Positions 12,806 to 25,530 of a DNA stretch of 64,000 bases are shown here, piece by piece; positions within the stretch are counted from its first letter, which is position 1; every line of letters starts with the position of its first letter. The stretch covers positions 8,122,001-8,186,000 of the forward strand of contig CDPCPM010000011.1 in the NCBI GenBank assembly GCA_976551045.1, given 5' to 3'. Made by a program: the position numbers and the translations under genes. Source of the stretch: Glaucostegus cemiculus (taxonomy: Eukaryota). The notes below the pieces were generated by a model. That model was not told the DNA's origin, searched no databases, and was given only the letters and a program-made list of their open reading frames with translations.

Positions 12806-13485
12806 CTGAATATGTGTTAAGTGGGACAGAAAGGCAAGGTCATGGATATAAAAACATTTTGCTATGGTCCTGACTCTGAATCTCAGAAGTAGCTAAATTA
12901 GACCCAGTTAGTTAAATAAATGCAGAGGTAATTCAGAACGAGTCTTTGATGATCTATCAATTCCTTTATTACAGCATCAAAGCTCTTCAGAACTAAACAA
13001 GTTTCATAGGCAAAGTAAAGCAAATTATCACAGTTTACTCTGAAAATATTGCAACTGAAAAATGTTCTGCGGTCTATTGCTCCAATTGAAATGTGCAAAG
13101 AAAATTCAGTATTCAAGGGGTAAAAATACATCATTACATGCTTTCAAGTCTGTTTGCCGTTTTAGTTGAATGCAAGAAAAAGTTGGGTTTGATGACGGCA
13201 TTGAATCAGTGTGACAATATGGATGGCTTGTTTAATTCAATTTTTAATTAACCATGTAGCATGCTTTCAGCATTTTAAATGTGTACATATAGATCTGAGA
13301 ATCTTTTAAGAAGTGGCCAAACAAATCGAAACAGAGCCTACTTTCTAACATTTTGAAAACTCTGTGACAAACAGTTATATTCTGCATTTCTCACACAAAG
13401 TTACTGAGATACCAAAATAATTTTAATGCCAACTGACCAATGAAGTATCTTGGTCTGGAAGTACTCTGCCCTTTAGGGCTCTTAC

Positions 13486-13653
13486 CATGCTTGCTCTGGT
13501 TCTGGTCCAACGATAAAGAATTGCTGCTTAAATTTTCAATAGAGTTGGGGTGGGTCCACTGCCTCAATCGAGATTGGGCTTGAGCCGGATCCTTCATGGA
13601 TATACCAGCATTTAGTTCCATGTTGCTTACATTCATATTTGGGATCAATCCAG
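13486..13653 (-). CDS. TNRC6C: TNRC6C exon (168 nt, phase 1-1): AGLIPNMN...QSRLRQWTHPNS...SKH, contains CIM1 (CCR4-NOT interaction motif)
   Basis: TTGCAG|CT ... CATG|GTAAGA. QSRLxQW motif. Confidence 0.94.
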
Positions 13654-14847
13654 CTGCAAGTGAAAAACACGTCAAAACAAGATACTGGTGCAGTAAAGCT
13701 GATGAAAATCATTCCCTTCACACACCATGCACACTGTTTCATTAAGGATTCATCAACTGTGAAAGTCACAGATGAATCTCTAAGAACTTTTGAATTTTTT
13801 CTTTGAGCAAAATATAGTCTGTTGAATCCTAAAGCTAAGCTATAACTCCAATATGGACATTTTCCAAGTTTAATTCTAATAAGGACCAGCTCTACCAATA
13901 CATCTGACAAATACATTGGCCATGTTTGCAAAATTATGACCTTGTTTACTCCAGACCATATTATGCTGGCAACCTGCTTAGCTCTACCCCAGTGTATTGA
14001 TATATTAAATATGTGCACTAATGTGTTGCGGCTTCCTCTTTGTTGTGCACTGCTGTGGGAAGCTGGCAGGAATCTCCTGTCTCTACTGCTATACCTGTAG
14101 CACTGCATCTCCCTATAGCTTGTGTGAGACCGAGTGTTGGGTGATTTGGGACTACTGATGCAGCCACACAATGGAGAGATCAGAGGCTCAGGGCTGCATC
14201 TTGATTGGCAAAGTGGATGCAAGCCATTGCTGGGGATTGGCACTGGCTGCTCCACGTGTTCACAAGCCACCTGATTCTACAGTTTCCTTCATCATTTCCT
14301 CTTGGATTTGATAGAAGCTCCACAGCTCTCAGCTGGAGACTTCTCCGTGTTAACACACTCAATGATGGTCGCTGGCCATTGATGTTGGCCTACAGAAACC
14401 TCTGGGTTGGGCAAAGCTGTGCAGCTGGATGAGGGAGACTTAAGCTTCCATCATATCCAACAAGCTTTAGGAGAGGAACAGCAACAGCTGGTACCAGAAA
14501 AATACATAATCATCTTCCAGAAAGAAAAACCCAAATAAATGTAGAAAGAAATTGAGATCAAATCTTAAAAAGTGGCATGGATTTGTAGTAGAGGAACAGA
14601 ATGGTTGGAAGTGCTTGCACATCTTTAGGATGCCCAGTATTCACATTAAAGGTGTACAGTTGGTTCTGAAGTAACAAATATTAGGAATTTTTTGCACTGC
14701 AGGACCCCATGAGCAGTAATTAGCTTATGATTAGAGGTTTCATCAAAAGTTGTTGTGGGTTAAACAAAATTGACAGAAGATTAGCAAAGAGTACAACAGC
14801 AGTGTACTTTCCCTAATTTAATATTATTCTGTTGGTAATGTACCTAC

Positions 14848-15070
14848 CCAAGGAATATGCAGGGAAAGAATTGGGTGAAGTTTGTTGCTCTTTGGTCTGC
14901 AGGTCTGAAAGGCTGGGAGGTGGATGATGACTCAGATTATCAATGGTTACTTTGCCTGCAGATGGGTGCAATGGTGGATGTGGTGGTTGCTGTTTCATAA
15001 GCAAGGCCTGGGTCAGCTGCCGCTGGTGTTGTTGGATCTGCTGCTGCATGTTGTTGATTGTACGTGCAAC
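14848..15070 (-). CDS. TNRC6C: TNRC6C exon (223 nt, phase 0-1): VARTINNMQQQIQQHQRQL...SPNSFPAYSL
   Basis: TTTGAAG|GTT ... TTGG|GTAGGT. Only this donor keeps frame with the next exon. Confidence 0.93.
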
Positions 15071-16277
15071 CTTCAAATAAAGAAAAAATATATCAGAAAT
15101 GGTAATAACACCAGCTTTGAAGAAAAACCATAACTAATTTCCAAAATCTGATGTACCCCTGATGAATCAACCAAGTTTATGCAGGAAACAAGCTATAAAA
15201 TAAGGAGAAGGTCATCACTTTTTGTTAGGCAGTATATTCTATTGAACTGTGATCAACATTAAATTTGCTTGGTAGGTCCAACAATCTTTGGTTGGACAGA
15301 ATGTTATGACTAGGACACTACTGCAGTTTCACACTTCCAGCACTAGATGGAACTTCTCAAGCCACAGAGTAGCTCCTGACTGAACCATCACAAATGACTT
15401 TGAAGTGAGGGTCGAAAAATTTAAAAACAATGCAAGCTAAATGTGGCTTTAATTGTACTATTAAGAATAACATACTGATATTCTTTACTAATCCAATGGA
15501 AAATATTTTAGCTCTATAATCTTTAATGATATAATTATAAACTCTTGACATAGTCAATTTCCTCCACAACTTGCCTCTCCTTGTGTAACTTCCTTCAGCT
15601 CACAGTGCTGGGTATTCTTCCAATGCTGTCCTCATGCATATCCCTGAATTAATCTGACCCTCTCCTCCCCCACCAGCAACTATTGTGGCTCATTATCAAA
15701 CAGTTTGGATATATTTACTGCTGAGCTGATACAGCAAGAAGAGTTTATTTTTGGATGATATCCTGCAAGTGGAGACAAAGGAGTGAGAGGCCTGGGACAG
15801 ACAAGACTGAGAAGTTGGTGGGAGAAGCAACAAGTCTGGGCACAGAGGACAGAAAGAAGAACCCAGGCCCAGTAGAGGTGTGACTACCCCTTACTCTTCA
15901 ATTACTTTGGCTGCTAGTGACCAATGCAGTTTCGGGGCAATTTGAAGGACATGGTTCAACATGGATCTGGGCAGAGTGGCAGACTTGGATAAAACCAGTT
16001 ACAACTAGTTCCAGTTTTCGGTATCTAATCCTGAACCTGGCTGTTGCTCTGGTTGGAGCCCTAAGAGCTGTTAGTGAAACAAAAGGACCACCCAATGGTG
16101 CAGAGTCTGGGTTCTATTCTGGGGAGGTCAGGCATTTGGTGCATCTTCTCCACCCTCTGTATCTTGTCCCTCATGCCTTCACATATCCCTTTTTCTGAAA
16201 CCTAGATTCCTCAGTTATCATGCTACTCTAAGAGTAGGTTGTGATGTGAAACTGAACACTATTTACATCCAAGCCAA

Positions 16278-16390
16278 AAACAAAATGCAGATGCTGGAAA
16301 TCTGAAAATGAACAAAACCTGAGTATATTCAGCATATCAGGCAGCATCTGAAGAGAGAAAGAGTTCCATTTCAAGTCAATAACAGTTCAA
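16278..16390 (-). mobile_element. Penelope pLTR-like fragment
   Basis: GCAGATGCTGGAAATCTGAA...TCAGGCAGCATCTG; inverse orientation to the 16845-16940 copy. Confidence 0.65.
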
Positions 16391-16839
16391 ATCCAGGGCT
16401 ATGCCCAGCTTTAGTGGAGAGAGAGCAAGATAGTGGGAGTTGTTACATTGTGACTTTAAACATTATTGAAAATACCAATCCCTGGTTGCATGGGGTAAAA
16501 TAATACATGTTTTTGCTGTTTTGCCATCAGGAGTTATTTAGATAGTAGATCTGGCCCTACCTACAGAAGAGTTGTGTGCCACTAGATTTGATAAAATAAC
16601 GTCAATCAAATTCAATACATATCAAGTATGGAGTGAGAGATGTTTAGTGAATCTTTAACCTTTAGTGAGGTTAACCAGCATATTAAAATGAAGCTGATGT
16701 AATTCCAAGATATTTAATTTTGTTTAAAATATTTTGGGTAAAAATGTGAACAATAATGTCAGTTATCACTTGTTAATGAGTATTTCCAAATTAAAAATCT
16801 CAAAGACAAAGTTGCAATTAAGAAGCAGCACTGACCTAT

Positions 16840-16940
16840 CCCAAAGAAGGGTCTCGGCCCGAACTGTCCAGAAATGCTGCCTGACCTGCTGAGTTTCTCC
16901 AGTATTTTGTTCGTTGGTCCCAATTTCCTGCAGTCTTTCG
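16840..16940 (+). mobile_element. Penelope pLTR-like fragment
   Basis: GAAGGGTCTCGGCCCGAA...ATGCTGCCTGACCTGCTGAGTTTCTCCAG, similar to 5235-5320. Confidence 0.7.
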
Positions 16941-18383
16941 TATCATTAATCTATTTATGTCAGAAAACTTTTTTCCCCATATGCATATCTTTCCAGCTCT
17001 TTTAAAAAATCAACACCCACCACAGAGTTCAATCTTATTGTTTAAACTTTTAGTTAAATGTTTGCGCAGCTCTCTGGAAAGTTCATAATTATCTAATTTT
17101 AAAAATCCAACATACTAAACTGCACTGGTCCCAACCCTGCTCTGTTGCTAAAAAACATGTTTTTTATTATTCATCCTACACATAGTTGCTCAGACTTTTC
17201 TGGAGCACATTAGTGCAAAATTTCTACTAATTAGGGATCTGGATCCAGTGTAACAAGCCTGTGGCATCTGCAGCTATATAGAGCAGAGCTGGAAATTTTT
17301 CATTGTCCATGTTTGCATTGACTATACAAGGAAACATGCAGAGCATAGCCAACAGCCAATACTGTTGCAAATTTACACAAAGGCAAATTTTTCCCTCAGG
17401 TGACAAAGTGTGTAGAGAAAAAAGTTACTTTTGACGTATAGAAGCATTTAAAAACATATACAATATGGATGTTCAAATTTACTGCCCGCCTCTATCTGCT
17501 GTTAAGTTAGTGATAACCCGTCATTTTGAACTGCTGCAGTATGTGATGTTTACAAAATACACAGGGGATTGAGATGTATTAAAATTTGAAAATAAGCAAC
17601 ATTTTTTCTTTGAATAGGATTTCATATTTGTAAAAATTAATTTTTCAATGACTAGAGAGGTGGTGTGAAAGGGGTCTAATCAGCAGTAAATACAAGTCCT
17701 TACACTCACTCACTCCTGAATGTAAGGGCCCTAACCTTTTCAGCTCTTTGGCGTCTCAAAATATTGGGTAATTATCCCAAGCTTATGCCATTACAGTGCT
17801 ATTAGTGCCAAGTTTATCTGCAGGGATCTTTTGGAGGAATAGGAACAGTTTTTCATTTAACTGTATGAGTGCAATTGTTGTTGAAGCATCTGCCAAGCTT
17901 TAGCCTGCAATAACAGGGAGAACTGTTATCTTTGGCATTACTATTACATCAAAATTTAGGCCAATATCCAAAAAGGAAATCAGAAATAAAGAACACCATT
18001 GGTGAATGAAATACTGATCCCTGTAAAGATCCACAACATTGAAAGCAGTGCAAGAATGAATAATGAAAAAGGGCTCAATTTCTTTTAAAGGATATACAGG
18101 ATATACTTAGAAACATACCAATGCATCCAACACTGAAACCTCAAGTCTAGCTGTTCCAATTACAATAGTTACAACAGTGGCATCTGATCTGCCAGATAAG
18201 GTAAATTGTCAGGATGCCTGACCATATAAAGCAGGAAAATTCCACTCTTGCTAGTAACTACCCCAGTCTATGCAATCTTCAAAATGACGGAAGTTGCTGT
18301 ACACAGCACTATCAAGCCGCAACAAATGCAAAATATTGCTAGTGCTGAAATCAAATAAGAAAATCTGGAAGTAAATTAGTAAA

Positions 18384-19493
18384 TTGTCACATGTGCCAGG
18401 GTACAGTGAGAAAACTTGTCTTGCATACCATCCATGCAGATCAAGTCATTACAATTACAGTGCATTGAGATAGTACAAGGTAAAACAATAACAAAGTGCA
18501 GAATAAAATGTTACAGTACAGAGTAATGCAGAGCAGGTAGACAGTAAGGTGCACGGTCACAATGAGGTAGATTGAGAGATTAAGAGGCCATTTTATTGTA
18601 CCAGGGAACCATTCAATAGTCTTATAACAGTGGAATAGAAGCTGTCCTTGAGCCTGGTGGTAGGTGCTTTCAGGTTTTTGTATCTGCTGCCTGATGGGAG
18701 AAGAAAGAATGTATGGGGTGAGTGGGATCTTTGAATATGCTGGCTGCTTTACCAAGGCAGTAAGAAGGGCGGCACGATAGCGTAGTGGTTAGCACGACGC
18801 TGTTACAGCACCAGCGATTGTGGTTCGATTCCCGTCGCTGACTGTAAGGAGTTTGTACGTTCTCCCGTGTCTGCGTGGGTTTTCTCCGGGTGCTCCGGTT
18901 TCCTCCCACATTCTAAAAAGACATACGGGTAGATTAATTTGAGGGTTTAAAATGGGCGGCGCGGACTCTTTGGGCCGAAAGGGCCTGTTACCACGCTGCA
19001 AATAAATAAAATTAAAAAAAATAAAGAGCAGACAAGAGTCCATGGAAGGGAGGCTGGTTTCAGTGATGTGCTGAGCTGTGTCCACAACTCTCTGCAGACT
19101 CTTGCACTCATGGGCAGCAGCAGTTGCCATACCAAGCTGTGATGGATCAGGATAGGATGCTTTCTATGGTGTATCGATAAAAAGTCAGGGTCAAAGGGGA
19201 CATGCCAAATTTTGTTATCCTTCTGAGGAAGTAGAGGTGCTGGTGAGCTTTCTTGGCCGTGGTATCAACATAGTTGGGTCAGGACAGGCTGCTGTTGATG
19301 TTCACTCCCAGGAACTTGAAACTCTCAACCTCAGCACCATTGTTGCAAACAGGAACATGTGCACCACCCCTGCTCCCCCCCCACCCCCCCCTTCCTGAAG
19401 TCAATGACCAGCTCTTTCGTTTACACTGAGGGAAAGGTTGTTGTCATGACATCATGCCACTAGGCTCTCTATCTCCTTCCTGTACTCCAACTC
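18384..19493 (-). mobile_element. Rex1/Babar-clade LINE 3' fragment, interrupted by a SINE
   Basis: Minus-strand translation KKAHQHLYFLRR...FYRYTIESILS...ITAWYGNC...CKSLQRVVDTAQHITETSLPSM, then KAASIFKDPTHP, typical of the Rex1/Babar RT C-terminus. Confidence 0.85.
18767..19025 (+). mobile_element. Full-length, young tRNA-derived V-SINE (HE1-like)
   Basis: A box TAGCGTAGTGG (18778), B box GGTTCGATTCC (18822), V-domain GCGTGGGTTTCTCCGGGTGCTCCGGTTTCCTCCCAC, CR1-like tail GGGCCGAAAGGGCCTGT, A-rich end. CpGs are intact. Confidence 0.9.
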
Positions 19494-20334
19494 ACTTATT
19501 ATTATTAAGCAGAAATAATGTTTTGGGTTAATGAACTTCATCACATGAAAATTTGATTAAGGTTTATTGATTTAGATCATCGACTCTTTCTAGCTTCATG
19601 AATCTACTGAGAAGATCCTACGATCTATTTTTATTTCAATCCAACGGCATCAATGAACTAATGCTCAGATTAGGTTTCACCAGGATCATCATTGCAAGTC
19701 TCAATACTGCCTTGGCCCAAATATGAACAATTCCAGCAGTGAAATGAGAGGCTGCTCTTGAATTCTAGTAAAATTTATGTGATTAGGATTCAAAGGTAAA
19801 ACTCTACACAGGCTAGTGAAGTCATGTTTAGTACAAATGAAATTGGTGTGGGTGTTGGAAACCTCGAGCTCAGGACTTGGTGCCGCCATTTCTCAGGGAA
19901 GTTTGCCTAGTTAACTGCTTCAATGATCTTTGCTCCTCAAGGACAGACATAGAAATGTCTGATGATTGTGCAACATTCAATTCTGTTCACAGCCCTTTAA
20001 AATTTTCACCACTCTTTCCCATGTGACCCTATTGCAAAAGCACTGGTAGGCTGAAATTAAGTGTAAATAAAAATGTCTGTTCTACCATACCCTGGTACAG
20101 TACATCACTTTTTACATCATGCCCATCAATCATGATTACTGAAAGAATATTTTAAATATTTTTGAAATCTTGAAGAGCATATGAAGTACTATTTGCCTAC
20201 ATTGCTAAGTGTGAGAGAATTTTGAAGTTAACATGGATCAGTTAATGTCTGAATAAGTGTTAATTCTAGTGCATCTTTTGCTGTCTATGAAATATCTTTA
20301 ACTTAAAAAATAGCTGTTAATTTACTGTACATAC

Positions 20335-20418
20335 TTGCTGCTCTTGTTGTCTAATAGTTCCAGAAACATTACGCTGGGCCTGTAACATCTGCTGCTGGAA
20401 GAGTAAACGCTGGTAGGC
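20335..20418 (-). CDS. TNRC6C: TNRC6C exon (84 nt, phase 0-0): AYQRLLFQQQMLQAQRNVSGTIRQQEQQ
   Basis: TTTGCAG|GCC ... CAA|GTATGT. Confidence 0.95.
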
Positions 20419-21213
20419 CTGCAAAGACAAAGCATTATGTATTTTTATCTTCCATTAAGAATAAAATACCAATGAAAATCTTGAATTATTTCAACAGTGC
20501 AATTCAAACTCTTTTAGTCCATCTGGTAAGTTGTAATTAATCCTTTTAAGCTTGATCTAGGATAGCAGGTTTCAATGGAAATTGCTTTTCTTTCCATCCC
20601 TTCCTAAACTTTTGCTGAGTGACTAGGATAATTCGTACCATTTTCTTCATCTTAAATTGGTCAAAGGTTCCAGTATAATCTTTGCACTGAGTTTATGCTT
20701 AAAAAGTGTTCTTTTCTTAAAAAGACACATAACTATGTTTCTATAACAAGGGCAAATTTAGTTCCAATAGGTGGAAACTATGCAGCTGGTTTTAATGGAG
20801 TATTAGATGTCCATGTTAACTTGTATTTCAGCCAATTGTCCTGAGCACTTTATTTTCAGTTGCACAGCTTTAGGAAAAACTTGAGGACAGAGATTAGGAA
20901 ACAGATCAGAGAACTCATTTAAGCATTAAACTGGTGCTGATAGTTACATTGGCAGTAGCAATGGAGTCTGATCGGTTCAAGGCAAATAAGTGATAAATAG
21001 GGAAGCCATGAAATGGGGATAAACCAAGTATGATTATGGTGATAAAGAAATGTGTGGAATTCCTTTGTTGTACCGCATGATTATAAACAGATTTTGTTTT
21101 TAAAAAACTGTATTGATCTTGCAGAGGCCAAAAAATTAAAAACAGGATTATTCAGGTGTAGTTTTGATCACAAATTATCAATGCAGTCGTATATTAAAAA
21201 AAAACTTACTTAC

Positions 21214-21333
21214 CAGCTGCAGCTGATAAAGTTGGTTTAACATAGTCATATGCTGAGGATTAATTGGCGAGGCTAATAGTGCAGGGTTGAGACCCATGTT
21301 TTTTGCTGCAAATTGCAAGAGCTGTGCTTGAAC
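21214..21333 (-). CDS. TNRC6C: TNRC6C exon (120 nt, phase 0-0): VQAQLLQFAAKN...NQLYQLQL, Q-rich region
   Basis: TTTTAAG|GTT ... CTG|GTAAGT. Confidence 0.95.
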
Positions 21334-21831
21334 CTTAAAAGAATACAGAAAGATGCTTAACAAAACATCAGGTATACAGAATTATACATATTTACTCATC
21401 TTCTCTAAAAAGAAAATAATCATACAGGTTTCAAAACCATTTGTGTAGCTTTTAATATCTTGTATCAGATATCTCTGATACAGTGGTATAGATGATAAAA
21501 TTTCAGATCCATGACAAAGCAAAATAGTTCTGTATCATTTGATTGGCAAAGATAAAATATAAAATGTCACAATATAGTTTAAATGAGTTCTATTGTGTAG
21601 TAGTTAATATGCTTCAAAGTCAACTTTATTCAAACATTACTTCAGAAATAAATGAAAGATAATTATGTACTGACACACAAATTCATTAACTATATACGGT
21701 TGGTTTCTGTAATGCACTTTTTTCTTGTGGCATTGAAAATAATTTGGATTGAGGCCGGAATGAATTTAGAGATAACACCAGATATTAACCAGTACTTCAG
21801 CTAACTTCTCATAGCTTGTACCATCACATAC

Positions 21832-21972
21832 CTGAGGGGATAGAAACTGAGGCACTTGAGCACGAAGACTAGGCTGGGATGAGTTAAGAGGTTGCACTGG
21901 CGGCTGCTGTTGCTGCTGCATGGTCCTGGCTTGTGCTGCTCCGCTATTGCCAAACATACCTAGATTGCCACT
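21832..21972 (-). CDS. TNRC6C: TNRC6C exon (141 nt, phase 0-0): [25 protein letters not shown]...QFLSPQ
   Basis: TTGACAG|AGT ... CAG|GTATGT. Confidence 0.94.
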
Positions 21973-22907
21973 CTGTCAATTAATGAAAATACCTATTTAT
22001 CAGACGAATATCAGACAAACCTCATGCACTTAGCACTGGCAACCAGCAAGGAATGAGTCTTCAATTTGTGTTATAAGCAGCGCAAACTTAACTAAGAAAT
22101 GAGAAAAAGTAGACATTATTTGTTTTAAAAATAGCTGATCTCAAAGGAATCTGTGACAAATCAAATGCAAGTTGCATTTTTATTTTAAAAGAAGTTTTGC
22201 TTAAATACTTAAAATGCATTTTAATTTTAAAAAAAGTCTTTGATTCCCTCAATTACTCCAAACATTGGATTGGAATTCCAAGAAAAATAATCACACGTGG
22301 CACAAGTTCAGTGTGCAAAGTTAAAAAACACCTGAGTAAACATGCTTAGTATATTGATAAATCTAATTTACAGAGGGCTTTGCACATCTAAATAACCTTA
22401 TCAACAATTTTTTTGAAAATGAAAAGGGAACATTACAAACCATTGAATGGACAGTACTTTGAGGCTAAACTTTTTTTTTGCAAAACTGTCACTTGAGGTG
22501 GCTTCTGAAGACCCATCCATTCTTATAGTTTAAAGCCACATAAACTACTTAACGCGGATTTCAGCAAGAGAAAAATAATGAGCAAAACATTAACACTGTA
22601 ATTTGCATTATAAACTTCACTTCTGAAGTTGAACAGTGGAACAGCCCATTCCTGAAAATAATTGTGCATAAGATTCACATTCAGAACTGAATTTTATTTT
22701 ATAATGAACTGAAATGCTATCAGGGATACAAAAGGCAACTTGAATAAAATATATTTCTGAGGACTACTGAAATTATTCCTGTTGCTAGCAAAAAAAAGTC
22801 CATTTATACAGAGTTGATCTGCAGGAGATGTGCAAGATAGAATTACTTATTTTCAATGAGTCTAGATGATTCCCTGAGGCACCTAATTGGAAATAACTAA
22901 CCTAAAG

Positions 22908-23560
22908 TAATAGAATCGTACAGCATGGAAACTGGCCATTTGGCCCAACCCATCCAGTCTCCATGTCATTTACAAACTTGATGATCATGCTTCCCACATC
23001 CAAGTAATTCCTGTACGTCATAAATAGCATGAGCCCCAGCACTGATCCCTGTGGGACACCACAAGTCACAGGCATCAAATCCCAAAAAACAACACTCTAC
23101 AATCATCCTGTCTGTACAATTGCCAAGCCAATTTTGGGTCTAGTTTGTCAACTTGTCCTGGATCCTGTGATCTTTTGGGCCAGTCTGCCATGTGGGATCT
23201 TGTTGGAGGCCTTACTAAAGTCCAGGTAAATCACATCTACTGCCCTGCCCTCATCAACACATTTTGTTAGTTCTTCAAACAATTCAATCAAATTAATCAG
23301 ACAAGATCTGCCCCAGACAAGGATATCATCTGCCCTGACTTCCAAGTAATTATTAATCGTAATTATTAACCCTTTCCCTCAGAATTTCTTTCTGCATCTT
23401 CCCTGCCATTTACATTAGGCCTCAGGTCTATAGCTACCAGGCCTTTCCTGAAAATGGGAATGTTTGCCATCCTCCGTCATCTGGTACATCACATGCCCAG
23501 CAAAGATCTAAAGATCTCAGCTAGAGCACCAGTAATCTCTTCTCTTGCCTCCCGCAGCAG
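22908..23560 (-). mobile_element. CR1 LINE RT fragments
   Basis: ORF GRSCLINLIELFEELTKCVDEGRAVDVIYLDFSKA..KIPHGRL. Confidence 0.85.
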
Positions 23561-23993
23561 TCTGTATTAAAGATGTGTACATTTTTCTCCATAATTTCAC
23601 ACATACTCAACATCCTTGGCTTATTTTGGAAGTAAAATTTCGGAAGATTAATTTTGTTTAACCAAACAAAGACTCATTGAATGAAACAAACAAGCAGAAG
23701 GAAGCAGGCAACTTGTCTTATTTTGGGCTGGAAAATGAGTGGAGAAGAACATCTTACAAATAAACTATAAAAGAAAATGTAATTTATTCACCGTGAGTTC
23801 ATGCAGGTTATACCTTGATTATAAAGATGCTCAATACTATGAATTAAATCATGCTGGGTAAAAACTATAATTACCTTCTTTCATTAAAATGCCAAATGTG
23901 ATATCTTAATATTTATTGAAAGTTAAATATCTGATTTGTTACAAAGTAATATCAACTGGGTTAGAGCAGTTATTCATGAATAGCCACCCTTAC

Positions 23994-24143
23994 CTGTCTA
24001 GAAGAATTCAAGTTTTGCATGCCCAGCCCCGAGGCAATGGCACCAAGGGCCTGATTAGGGTGTGCACTGTTTGAAAGGGCGAGCTTCAGGCTTGGTGAAG
24101 GCAAAAATGGTGAAGTTGGGGACTCTTCCACTAGGCCGCCATC
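23994..24143 (-). CDS. TNRC6C: TNRC6C exon (150 nt, phase 0-0): [21 protein letters not shown]...MQNLNSSRQ; alternative acceptor at 24167
   Basis: AATCAG|GAT ... CAG|GTAAGG. Confidence 0.94.
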
Positions 24144-24829
24144 CTGATTGGAGAAAGATAGGGTGAGCTATGCAGTGCCAGCCAGGGCACAGCATTGTTA
24201 TGTGGTAGTGGAATGGTAGCCAGAGCAAGGACAGAGGGATTCCATAGTTTAAACAAAAATGGGTTAAAAAGGTTGATGGGAAATGCAGGTTTGGAAAAGT
24301 GAAAGACAGAGAGAAAGAAATAAAGAAAAAACAGGATTAAGGTGCATGACTAATAACTATGCATGCTAACAATGATGTACATAGATTAAAAACAGTAAAC
24401 ACTGCAGACGTGAAGAAACAACAGGCAAGACAAGACAGCAGTGACAGCACATTCACCATCTCCATTTCAAAATATTACATTCAGCTATTGACCTTAAGGT
24501 GTTTGGTGTAATAATCACTGAATGTTACATCATTTCGCTCAGATTTCAGTGAATTTGGTTATATCTATTAATTTCTTTAATGAGAAAACATATGTTATAT
24601 CTTTGGACAAATGTTTTGCTATTGAATTGAAGAGTTTGGAGTTCATAATCTAAATACAAGTATTATGATTACACAGAAAATGCAAATTTTTCCTGCAACA
24701 CCCAAAGTAACAATGAGAAGACAAATGTCCTCTTTTGGCTAACTTGATTAAGCAGCTTTGAAATTAGCACTGCACAAACACTTGACTGTTATTAATATTT
24801 AATGAAAATGACAAGACAGACTTGCATTT

Positions 24830-25530
24830 CATATTTGCTTTATGGTATCTTTCATATCCATTTCAGGATGTCCCAAGTGCTTTACAGTCCAAGAAATACT
24901 TTTGAATCACAGTTACTGCTGTTACGTAGGAAATGCGGTAGCCAGTTGTATACTGGAAGCTTCCACAGAGAATATGACAATAGCCTGGATTGTATGGAAC
25001 TCTTGCCAGTAGTTTTGTCAGAGTATCAGAGACACTGAAAAGGATTTCAATGCCTTTTGAGGGGAGGGAGGATCAGCATGGTCGAGACATAGCCTCAGGT
25101 TCAATGGTCCCAGGCAAAAGAACTTGAGATGGTCCTGACCATCTTGGACTACTCTACTTTGCAGTATGGTCAAAGTTGTGGGGCTGGAAGTTGACTTAAA
25201 CTGTGGGGCCACAAGAGGTGTGCATGAGGTGTGGGCCAGTGAGAGGTCAATCTGACCAAGTAATCAAAGAATGTGGTTCATCCAGGTTGATAAGAGATGA
25301 ATCACAGCACCAGCGATCACTGCCCTTCTTGAATTAGTGCAATGAAATCTTTTCCATCCACCTAAGATATCAGATGGACCAAGATTTATTGGTTAATCTG
25401 CTAGGTTCTTCCAACTGTGCAGCACTGTTAGTATAGCACCCACGTATAAACCTAGATTCCTATGCTCAAATTTCCAGAATTAGCCTTTACCCTTTGACCT
25501 GGAGCTAGAAGTGCTACCTGCTGAGCAGCA
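24830..25530 (-). mobile_element. Deu-domain SINE (SacSINE1/AmnSINE1-like), interrupted at about 25000-25310
   Basis: GGATGTCCCAAGTGCTTTACAG...ACTTTTGAA...GTAGGAAATGCGGTAGCCAGTTG...CCACA resembles the recalled Deu domain. Confidence 0.65.

Noticed and set aside
18767-18845. tRNA-like A/B boxes
   Set aside because: SINE head; no full cloverleaf, and it continues into the V-domain.
21973-23993. Possible 6-nt microexon for the IP found in human SSRQIPSGNL
   Set aside because: I could not find an AG/GT-flanked candidate; the exons join in frame without it.
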